A stretch of DNA of 38,343 nt, taken from Hydrurus foetidus. Its lineage: Eukaryota. Shown here one piece after another: positions 1-10,240 of the stretch. Each line of letters starts with the position of its first letter. Positions within the stretch are counted from its first letter, which is position 1. A program made the position numbers and the translations under genes. The DNA lies in the NCBI GenBank assembly GCA_900617105.1, contig UYFQ01000486.1, positions 1-38,343 on the forward strand, in the 5' to 3' direction. The notes below the pieces were generated by a model that saw only the letters and a list, made by a program, of their open reading frames with translations, did not search any database and was not told the origin of the DNA.

Positions 1-537
1 ATACTTGAAGGTGCCGTCAAGATTCTCCGACGTTGTAGGCTCCGAGTATCCTGGTGGGTTGTGCCTCGTTGGGATTGGCTCGCGACGCGTGCCCATCGCC
101 ATTGGGTAGAGTCCAACGACGTGGAGCATGTTGTCGAGAGCTTTGAACCGCTTGTTAGATCCCACAGTCGTTGTGGAGATCTGGTTTTGCTTGATGCTAT
201 CCATTTCTGAAGAGGTCGTCAGAACGAGATCAAGTTTTAGCCGTTTGAGCTCCAAAACGGATTCCAAGGCGGCATTATATGAAAACCCAGTTGCTGAAAC
301 TTCTGCCGAAGTTTGGCGCGGTGGCGTGGCTTCCTCTGCATGGGAGCCTCGTCGAGGTCGGTTTGGTGTCGAAGGATTTTGACGATTTGCCGTCGAGCTG
401 GTGACCAAATTTTGAGTCGAGTGGAGGAGCGAGAAGCGATAATTTTAGAGAGGGCGCGGTCGGGAGTCTCTAGCCCAGTTGGGTCATGGTATTCCTCGTT
501 ATTTTGGTCTGTGTTGTCGGACGATCGTAGCATCATG
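1..537 (-). pseudogene. Probable gag-like ORF (frameshifted, runs off window) of a minus-strand LTR element
   Basis: ATG near 537 (MMLRSSDNTDQ...). A second frame is open from ~444 to the window edge (STQNLVTSS...SYNAALESVLELKRLKLDL...NLDGTFKY). It lies directly downstream of the putative LTR at 660-1158. No recognisable motif seen. Confidence 0.3.
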
Positions 538-659
538 GCCGACTTGAGATATCTGTTGTGATGAGATACCGTTGATATATTGATACTATATCGATGATTG
601 CTGAACTTTCTATGCAATCGCTACCATGTGAGTCAGACTGTGGAGTGAAGCGAGCTACC

Positions 660-1158
660 TGTTGGCTGCGGAAGCGCAAAGGAAAGACTGGCTGATGGAA
701 GTGGTCTCGGAAGACGTGTTTACTTACAACGATCGAGTAGTAAAACAACTGGCGATGATATCAGAGAAGACAACCATCAAAGAAGCAAAGCAAAGCATCC
801 ATTGTGCATGAAATGGTGATCGCCGAAGTGGAAACATATTCAGCGAATATCAAGTTGGCGATTGAGCAATGGGCGGAACCCTCGGATGCCTGCGAAATCG
901 ATGCTTGGTGGAACCGGATACCTGGTGGAAAACTGGATGCTTGGTGGTGAAAAACCGGATGTTTGGTGATGGCCCCGAAGGGGGATATCGTTAGAAGAAC
1001 GATGAGCGTATGTAAACAACAGTGTATGGCGGTGTTTTGGGTGAGGAAGGCTACACTAATTTGTGACATGTGGGACGTTAATCTAATAGATAAAATCATG
1101 ATAACAGGATCATGTATGAATATGTTGACTGATAGTTTGTAACTCCCTCGGTCCATCA
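660..1158 (-). mobile_element. Putative 5' LTR of a minus-strand retrotransposon nested in the copia pol
   Basis: Bounded by TGTTGG (660) and CCATCA (1158), i.e. TG...CA with an imperfect terminal inverted repeat. The right end coincides with the point where the + strand pol frame begins abruptly. No second LTR copy in the window. Confidence 0.45.
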
Positions 1159-3404
1159 TGTATGACTTTATATGCTATCGACCCATCGCCAACCAACACC
1201 CATCCACGTCCCCAACCCCACCCATCCCCTACCTAACTCAACAATCACGCCGTTCCAACCAACCCAAACCCAAACGCGAAGTCCAATCCGCAGACGGCAT
1301 CGCTGCTTACGACACTATGAGTGACTACGCGGCCGCAGACTTGCCTACGGCAGAACAGAGGGTGCTAACCGACCCTATGATTATTCCTGAAGTAACGGCG
1401 CAAATTCAGAGGGTGGCAGTTGACACACCTGACATAACACATCGCCCCCCCACCACAATAGCAAACGATGCACCAACAGCAACAATCCCATCAGATCACC
1501 AATCGATTGCTATCGCATCGCCAGCGCAAACTGCAACAATAGGTCACGAAGCGATCAACAATCCCAACACATCGCTGTCGTCACAACATCGTCCACGTCA
1601 AAACAAGGCCCGCCCATCACCACCTACTGACAGAGTAACGCGACTTGATGCACATCGTATAGCGATCAGTCCAATCGCTTTACAAACATCGGCCACTCTG
1701 AACCTAGATGAACATGGACTGTGACTAAAGTATCGAACCGCAACAAACGAACCCAACAAATTACTCTGGCAACAAGCTGAAGGTGAAGAAATTCAGCGAT
1801 TATTGGATACGGGCACCGTTAAAGCAATACACCTCGCGGAGCAACCTCTCGACCGGATCGGTGATAGCACATACTACAACCCGCAAGTCAAAGAGAAGGC
1901 TGTAGAAGGCAGCACTACCTATCGCATCCGCGGCACAATTGGTGGTGACCGGATTAATTATCCCGGTCCCACCACAGCACGTACAGCTGCAATGCCGCTG
2001 ATCAAACTCCTCCTGCATTCAGTCGTGTCAGATAACAAGCGGTCCCTGACGCTGGATATCAAAGATTTCTATCTCAATACACCTCTCGATCGTCCAGAAT
2101 ATCTTAAGATCACGTCCAAATTTCAGCCTCAAAATATTATCGTCAAAAATAATTTACAGCCCTACCTATCTAACGGCTCTATCCTATTCCAAGTTAACAA
2201 GGGTATGTACGGTCTCCCTCAAGCCGGATTATTAGCACAAAACCGCCTCATACAACATTTGGCAGCACATGGTTACCATCAAACCGCTGCCACGTGTCTC
2301 TTCCGACACGACGCAAACGGCACGGACTTTTCTCTAGTGGTGGACGACTTCGGCGTCAAGTACACGACTAAAGAAGGTGCACAGCATCTGATCGATACGT
2401 TGCAGAAGCTATACACGATAACCATCGACTGGACAGGCAGCAAATATCTGGGATTCACCATTGTTTTTAACCACGACCATCAGTACGTTGACATCAGTAT
2501 GCCCGGGTACATCGATAAGGTCCTCCAACGCTTCACACCGATCCAGACAAGCGGCGCGGCGTCACCAGCACTATACACACCACCATCATATGGCAATCCG
2601 GATCTCAGGCCATCATCAGACGATAGCCCCACACTATCAGCTCCCGATATACTCATGCTCCAGGAAATTATTGGATGTCTACTATACTATGCTCGAGGAA
2701 TCGATATCACCATCCTCACAGCAGTCAATCATCTAGCGTCGCTACAGGCACATCCAACGTGCAATACTATGATCGCCGCACAACGCCTCCTGGCGTATTG
2801 TGCACGATATCCTAACAATTCTTTAAGATATCATGCGTGTGATATGGTCCTATACATTCAATCCGACACATCTTACCTATCACGTCCAGGAGCACGCTCT
2901 GTCGCTGGTGGGATATTCTACGTGGGCAACAAAGACCAGCCAACAGTCATCAATGGAGCCATCCACGCCATCAGCTCAGTCATTCCTGCCGTTGTGGCTT
3001 CGGTTGCAGAGGCAGAATACGCTGCGTTGTTTCTCAACGGTCAAGAAGCAGCGTCCATACGAAGCACACTGACCGCACTCGGTTATCCTCAGCCAGCAAC
3101 TGTTATCCTTTGCGACAATGAATGTGCTGTAGGAATCGCTACAGATACGGTAAAGCCAAAACGAACAAAGAGTATAGACATGAAATTTCATTGGATACGA
3201 GACCGCATACGCCAAGGACACTTTCTAGTAAATTGGCGGCAAGGCAATGACAACCTTGCTGACTTTTTTACCAAACCGTTACCAGTGCATGAGCATCAGC
3301 GGCTTATGCCGCTTTTAGTGCACGTTCCTCCCGCCACAGGACATTCGGCACTGACTCCTCATAGCAAAAGAACAACGTCATTGATTGAGAGGGTGTGTTC
3401 ATAA
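1159..3404 (+). pseudogene. Ty1/copia (CoDi-like) pol fragment: linker + reverse transcriptase + RNase H
   Basis: ORFs 1158-1724 and 1803-3404 are in the same frame, joined by one TGA at 1722-1724 (read-through LKYRTAT...LWQQAEGEEIQRL). Motifs: RIRGTIGGD, LDIKDFYL, YGLPQAG, VVDDFG; RNase H SDTSY, AEAEY, CDN, DFFTKP. Integrase and gag are missing upstream. Confidence 0.92.
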
Positions 3405-3587
3405 CCGGCGTTACAACATGTGTACAGACACAAATGCAATCAATACCGTTTTGTTGTCGGCCAGTCATAGCCATCACAATTGCGTGAAGCACATCATCAC
3501 TTCACGATGATGATCATTAATTAATCACAACATTCGTCGAATAGCACAATTCGTTTGACACGTGAGCATTGCACAACGCAATCAACA
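3385..3587 (+). mobile_element. PPT and 3' LTR of the CoDi-like copia
   Basis: Purine tract GAGAGGGTG (3387-3395) is followed by TGTT at 3396, overlapping the pol stop. The LTR end is uncertain: CAACA at 3532 or at 3587. Confidence 0.6.
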
Positions 3588-3771
3588 GAGATGAGCAAGG
3601 CTTTCTGAATCTCCAATTCGATTTCAAAATTTCTGGACCCCAATCTGGAATCAAATTATCGAAATTTCTTGACACAAGTCTGGAATCGAAGTTAAGTTCC
3701 GTATGGTTGGAAATTCCAATCACCTATGTAGGGCCCTATATAGGTGATTTGGAGAAAACCTACATAGGGCC

Positions 3772-4382
3772 CCCAGTGAGTCCCAAAACTAGAAACAGTA
3801 GAGAACTTGTTTCAAAAACTGGATCAGATGAACAGCATTTCAACAAAGTTGAGATTCACAGACATTTTGAGGCGTGAGATGGATGTTAGTTAGAGGTTAT
3901 ATCGAGTCAGAAATGGTCGAATTAGTGTAGATTCATAAGCATTTGACTTAAAACATAACGATATTGGAGTTAATGTGTTTTCAGAGACAAATTTCGGTGT
4001 TTTCCTCTGAAGATAATGTTGAAAACACCGAAATTTGTCTCTGAAAACACATTAACTCCAATATCGTTATGTTTTAAGTCAAATGCTTATGAATCTACAC
4101 TAATTCGACCATTTCTGACTCGATATAACCTCTAACTTTCTTTCAAAATACATTCAAAGTCGTCTTTGAATCCAACGAAAAAGTGCATATATTAGAGAAG
4201 GAAAAATCAACATGAGAAATTTCTTTTCATAAAATTTTGAATTCAGAAATGGAAGCAGCGGTATCATATTACTATTAGAGAATGCTTTTTGTTAAAAATC
4301 TATTCATGGTTAGTTTTGAAACGGAGTTCTCCCCTAGCTGTTTCTAGTTTTGGGTCTGTTTCTAGTTTTGGAATCCACTGGG
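3772..4382. mobile_element. MITE-like element with TIRs and an internal perfect hairpin
   Basis: CCCAGTGAGTCCCAAAACTAGAAACAG at 3772 is inverted to CTGTTTCTAGTTTTGGAATCCACTGGG ending at 4382. No TSD identified. Confidence 0.6.
3888..4137. repeat. Perfect inverted repeat, 117-bp arms with a 16-nt loop
   Basis: 3888-4004 is the reverse complement of 4021-4137; loop CTCTGAAGATAATGTT. Confidence 0.95.
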
Positions 4383-4462
4383 AACGCAGGATTTACTATT
4401 TTTACACGGAATGTGCCACAAAACCATGGATTTTGGGTTTACTTATTGCGACCCAATTAATT

Positions 4463-4665
4463 GTGTACTGAATTAATAGTTTGATGTACTGAATACACCC
4501 TAACTCTAGCCCTAACCCTGATCCTGACTCTGAGTTCAGCCCTAACACTAACTCTAATCCTAACCCTAATCTTCACCCTAATCCTAACCCTAATCCTAAT
4601 CTTCAGTATTGATTTCAGTCCATCAAACTATCAATTCAGTACACGAATCTCTCAATTCAGTACAC
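4463..4665. repeat. Degenerate (CCCTAA)n telomere-like tract enclosed by 31-bp inverted repeats
   Basis: CCCTAA/TCCTAA/CTCTAA hexamers at ~4498-4600. Flanks are GTGTACTGAATTAATAGTTTGATGTACTGAA (4463-4493) and its near-complement (4614-4644), with an extra AATTCAGTACAC at 4654-4665. Confidence 0.75.
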
Positions 4666-4827
4666 GGTAAATTATTTCCGTTTACTTATTCTTTTGGATG
4701 GTCAGAAATCGTCGATGAACGGTACGGTACAGTACGGGGCTTTACGCTTTACGTACAGTATAACTGCCCCCGAGACATATGCCCTCACCACTTCAGTCTC
4801 TCTTCCATCAATTAAAATACCACGAAG

Positions 4828-5079
4828 GTGAGCAATGTCCTTCCTTACCTCCAAACGTTCCGCTCCGTCTCTGCTAAATTCGATTCTGGATTCTGAAAGT
4901 TTCTGTGTGAGGATTTATAACGGTTAAACAACGGACAGCATCTTCTTGCAATTTCTGTATAACAGAAAGATTACTCTTGCAACCGCGAAGGCAGTGTCAT
5001 TATGTTGGATCTAATTACGAATCAAAGCGATCAATGCACCAACTGATATTATCTATGAATGTTACAATTTGTGAAGCAG
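4828..5079 (+). other. Probable 5'-UTR intron of RPLP2
   Basis: AAG|GTGAGC donor at 4828 and CAG acceptor ending at 5079, one base before the ATG. A pyrimidine-rich CTTCAGTCTCTCTTCC lies upstream as a possible TSS region. Confidence 0.55.
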
Positions 5080-5080
5080 A

Positions 5081-5997
5081 ATGAAATACATTGCTGCATA
5101 CGCGCTTCTTGTGGTTGGTGGAAACGCCGAACCCACCTCCGAGCAGGTCGCGACATCGTAACAGCTCGAAACATATAGCGTCAATCCTGATAATATTAGA
5201 TTGTCTGAACACCACAAAATTCGTTCACTGGTAGGTGGCCGCAGTCGTTGTCGCTGCAGGTGGTGAAGTTGACGAGACGCAAATCGCTTTGCTTTTCACA
5301 AATCTTGAGGGAAAGAATATCCATGAGCTTCTTGCTAAGGGAGAGATTGACTTAAAGAACTGCACCAGTGGAGGCGGTGGTGGAGCTGCCCCAGCTGCCG
5401 CACCTGCAGGTGACTTGACTAGTGACTCTTTACTGAAACTTTCTGTTCTCTTGGAATCCTGCTACTACCTAACATTTCCATGGTCTCAAATGGAAGCTGA
5501 GAGACATTAAAGCAGCACTGTGTGATATTTTGACGTGTCGAGGTCATCTTCCCCTGATGGTCACTGTGTTGACGCTTTTCATCGCACACTGAATTCTGAC
5601 TCGTTGTCTCTTCTCTATTTCATTTCATCACGCATAACAGCTGGAGCCTCCGCACCTGCAGCAGCCGCCAAGGCCGCCGCACCCGCTGAAGAGGAAGTTG
5701 ACGCCCTTGACGGTGAGTGAGAGGAAAGGGGGAGAGAAGACATAGGAGTGTGTTCCTCTTCAGATAATGATTGCATCACATCTCATCCTGCTCCCGACAT
5801 CACTGTACTGCTAGTGCATGCCTTCAAATTGACTATTATTGACATACCGCCTTCATCGTCTCCATACTTCTCTCCTCCTCTCCTCACACTGACAGTACAT
5901 GATATCACACTCAGTATCATCCTAATTCTACCTGTCTGACTATTTAGGTGGTATGGACATGTTCGGGGGTGGAGGCGCCAAGACGGGAGACTATTAA
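5081..5997 (+). CDS. RPLP2: 60S acidic ribosomal protein P2 (120 aa, 4 exons)
   Basis: Exons 5081-5146, 5235-5409, 5641-5712, 5948-5997 with GT-AG introns and consistent phase. MKYIAAYALLVVGGNAEPTSEQV...LEGKNIHELLAKG, Ala/Gly hinge, EEEVDALDGGMDMFGGGGAKTGDY*. Confidence 0.95.
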
Positions 5998-6623
5998 AAG
6001 AAGAACACCGTGCCACATACCACTCACTCTGTAATATTTTAATTAATCATCCTTCCACTTACACCTTCTACCTTTCGAAACATTTCTTATGAAACGTAAG
6101 ATGATTAGTGACAAAAGCTGGAACACGAGAGTGGGGAAGGATGAGGAGCACTATCCCGTGGAGACAAACACGATGCACTGCTGTGCGTCGAGAATGAGAA
6201 AAGAGGATGCAGTCACAGATGCTCTCAAAGGCATCAGACCCAGGACTCGCAATTAACTAGCATGTTAGCTAACAGCAGTGAACATTGATAAAGAGTGGAG
6301 TGTCAGCCCGGATGTACAGTCATCGGTATTCGTGACCGAAACACGCAACCGCAGACGAGAGCTCCGAGCAAACATAACTAGGCGACATGGTGATGTACCT
6401 GGGTGAACGAGTAAAATAGCCATCCAAGATACTGCTGTGCTTCTTCACTTAAACGAAAAGGAAATGCAGTGCAATACCGTGCATCAAGTCACGTAGATCT
6501 GTACATGCGAGTCACTTTAATTAAGTTATATGTCATGCTCTCAGCAGCGCATTGCAGTCGCAGAGAATACGAGAGCTGTTTGCACAATCACACATCCTAT
6601 CTTATCGTTTCTAGTGTCCAGAG

Positions 6624-9600
6624 CTACAGGCCCACAGAGTTCTTCAAGTAATCCATGGACGCCTCTTGCCTCATGCGCCGACTAAGATGAGAAGGAGAAT
6701 TAGGATAAAGATTAGAATAGGGCTTGAGGCTGTTGAAAGTGAGTAGGGATGTAAAGGCAAGACGCATAGGTGTGATAATATCAAATTGGTTGTCGTCGAA
6801 GGTCACTACGATGATGCTAAAGCCATCAGTATCTCTCAAGATATCCTGTTACACTCTGTGCTACACCGATTGCATCGCACTGGGCTAACGTAGAGGAGGA
6901 GGGAGGATGCGGTGTGGTGTGATACGGCGTGCCTTACTTTTCTTCGAGCCTCTTCAAGGCGGCCAGTCGGTTCTTCTCAATTCGACTGTATCGCAGAGAA
7001 ATACATATAGTCAGTGTCTTACAGTCAGTCAGAGTGCCCATTGTCACGTGTGTAAGATGGCTTATAGGGTGTCGAACACGGTCTATACATTCGATAGTTA
7101 GAACGAAGAGGTGTGCATACAGGAGAGTAGAGACACGTTTCAGGCACATACTGCACAATACAACGTAGCAGAACACATTGCGGTACGATGCAGTGCAGTG
7201 CGTTGCAATACATTACAATATAATGCAATGCAACGCAATGTGGTTCAATACGATGCAGTGCAGTAGAGTGAAGCGGTACTCACTCTCGCAGTGCTGATGA
7301 CAATTCGAGTTCCTCCGCCTCGGAACCTGATAAGCATAAATAAAGCAAGGAGAAAAGAGAAAATAAGTGGGAGGGAGGAGGGGTCATTTCTCCGATGGGG
7401 ACAGTCCAATGATGAGGTGCGAAGGAAAAGAAAATGATCAACAACGAGTGACAGAGAGACTTGAAGACTTCATGAGACAGTAGGGTTGGGGTGGAAGTGT
7501 GCAGGATCGATTGGTGAGGTGAGTCCTGTGCAGTGCAGTGCAGAAAAAGAGTGAGTTCACCTGCGTAGTTGACACTGCCACTCACAGGTCCACTGCTCTT
7601 CCTACTCCAATCATTGGTGCCTCCTATATTGCCTTCTACAGAGGGGGAGACAGCGTTTGCGATGCGAGTACTGCTGGTTTGAGCGGCGCTGAAGTTAAAC
7701 TTGTCGAACGATCTTGTCTGCGAGATGATCTGCACCTCGTCTCCATCATCTTCGTCATCGCCACAACAATCGTATTCCCTCTTGTTCCTCTCCATCTCTT
7801 GCTCCTTCGCTCTTTCTCTCTCTCTGTCTCCTTGCCAAGCACCGGAGCTGTTCCCAGTATAGGCATCTGATACATCAGACGAGAAGCGATGAGATCAGTT
7901 GAACTTAGATCAGATGAGATTAGATGAGGTGAGTTGAGATTAGATCTAATGGAGTGCACTGGCGGTATAGCAGGAGTGACGAGTCTGTGCGCAGGGTGTG
8001 AGGAGATGGATGCAGAGAATGGTGTACGACAACAAATGTGAGCTACTCGATTTCAACGGATATGATAGGATGGAAAGTTGGTTGATCAAGAAGACGAAGG
8101 ATGTCATCCACACATCTACTGCACCTCTAGGGTTAGGGTTAGTGCTGGAGTGGGATGAGTCTCTGATGGCTTGCACGTCCCAAGTGCTCCTGTGCCCACC
8201 AACACTAACACTACCACTACCACTGCTGCTCCTGGCATCACTCACATTCTTGCCGTAACTCCCACTGCTACTGCTGCCGTGTGGTCGATACACAGCAGCA
8301 GCAGCAGCAGCAGCGGCAGCGGCAGAGGTAGAGATGGAGGTAGTGCTCTGTCTGGGATGTACCCGACCCGGTCGCTCCAACCAATCGTCATCATTGCCTC
8401 CCAGTCCACCTATTGCTGCACTCGCACTCGCACTCGCAGCTGCGATGTAGTATGCGGGTAGTGGAATAGTGAGTCAACGATGAGAAACACAATCGATCCG
8501 ATCTCGAGAGGAGGGGCTGATCATCCGTTCGTGAACAATACCACGCCTCATCGTGAGATCTTAAGGCACAACGTTCAGAAGAGCTAGAAGTATTAGACAG
8601 CCAGCAACAGCAGTGTAGTGCAGCATGCCGTACCTGCGTCAGAGTAGACGGAGGAGGAGGTGGAGGTCATCCACTCCCCCCCAGACCCGGCCCCGGTCCC
8701 ATTCCCTCCAACCACGTCCAGATCGATGTCCCCTCCACGAGCTGCTTCAGCTGAATGGGAGAAATACAGAAGAATTCGTTTTATCGAGGAGACATGGAGC
8801 ATGATCATATCGATGGCATTGGTCGCACATGGACGGAGAGATCTCTTACCCTCTTCGAATGTAAGCATCTTGGAGTTGTATTTACCGGACAGCAAAGTGA
8901 GTGAAGTAGTCCGCACTTCATCAGAGACCGTCTCCGTGCCTGCCATGAGTGTCAAGGGAGGCGATAAGATGAGGTGTGTTGTGCAGCGGTGTAGTGCGAA
9001 GTGATGCAATTGAATGTTGTACACCATGCCGTGTTGTGACGCCATGTAACATCGTGTGGCGTCATGTATTGCCATAACATGTCATGCGATCTTATGTGCT
9101 GTTATCTTTCGCATTCAGTTCGGCTTCGCTTGGCTACACTCTAGTAGAAAACAGTAAAAGGGGCGCAGGACACGGAAGAGTAGATACAGCATGATAGAGT
9201 ATGATGGGAGAGGAGATGATAGCGTAGGAGAAATTAGATAGTGCTCTTACCCTCGTTGCCCATGGCTTTATAGAATTCCTTCACGCGCTGGTGGGCTTTC
9301 ACGCTGACAAGTGACGAGTTATCAAGTGACGTGTTATAAAGTGGTGAGTTATGTATTGACGTGTTATGAAGTAATGGAAAATTGCAGTGATGTGATATGA
9401 TATAATGTGATAAAACGAGAAGGGATATAGTGAGATTTCATGCGATATAAGATGAAGTGATGTGATGCGATGCGATTACATGTGATGTAATCAGAGCATA
9501 GGATTGAGGGGACCCTTAGGTGATGCGCAGTCAACAGCGGTAAGGTCCCATGAGAGAAATAGGAGGTTGAAATCGCAACGGGTAGATATGATACGATGCC

Positions 9601-10207
9601 ATGTTATTGTGCGTGTGGCGTGGATGGGATGATGCGTATCTTCTGGCAATGAAGTTATGTTGTATCATATAACGTTAACAACACTTCTCCACTCCACTCT
9701 GCCACACTGCACCTGGTTGGATTGAAGCTCTGCAGTGTGAGTCCCTCAAGGTCCGTAGCACGGGACAGAGCAACGTACCCTTGTCCGTACTCGAACATGC
9801 CTTCGAAGGAAACCTCCAGCAGGGGAATTGTCATGCCCTGGGACTGCAGAGAGAGCGAGTCAGTGAGTGGGTGAGTGAGTGAGTGAGTGAGTGTGGGGGG
9901 AGGGCGCGACTGAATGAGTGAGTGAGTGAGATAGTGAGATAGTGAGTGAGTGAGTGAGTGAGTGAGTGAGTGAGAGAATGAGTGAGAGAATGAGTGAGTG
10001 AGAGAGTGAGTGAGAGAATGAGTGAGAGAATGAGTGAGTGAGTGAGAGAGAGAGAGTAGTGAGACAATGAGTGAGTGAGTGAGTGAGTGAGAGAATGAGT
10101 GAGTGAGTGAGAGAATGAGAGAGTGATGATTAAAAATGGAAGTCGACCAATAATTAGAGTTTGCAATGAGATGCAAACAAAAGATAGATAGAAAGAAAAA
10201 CATAGGC

Positions 10208-10240
<33 letters not shown>

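Noticed and set aside
1722..1724. Programmed stop read-through in the copia pol
   Set aside because: The stop lies just before RT in an element already disrupted by an insertion; a simple nonsense mutation is more likely.
4498..4600. True chromosome end
   Set aside because: The tract is short, degenerate, internal and enclosed by inverted repeats.
5445..5592. Possible H/ACA snoRNA in RPLP2 intron 2 (hairpins, ACATTA H-like box, terminal ACA)
   Set aside because: Pocket-to-box spacings (about 7 and 10 nt) do not fit the expected 14-16 nt and no rRNA target was identified. A covariance-model search would be needed.
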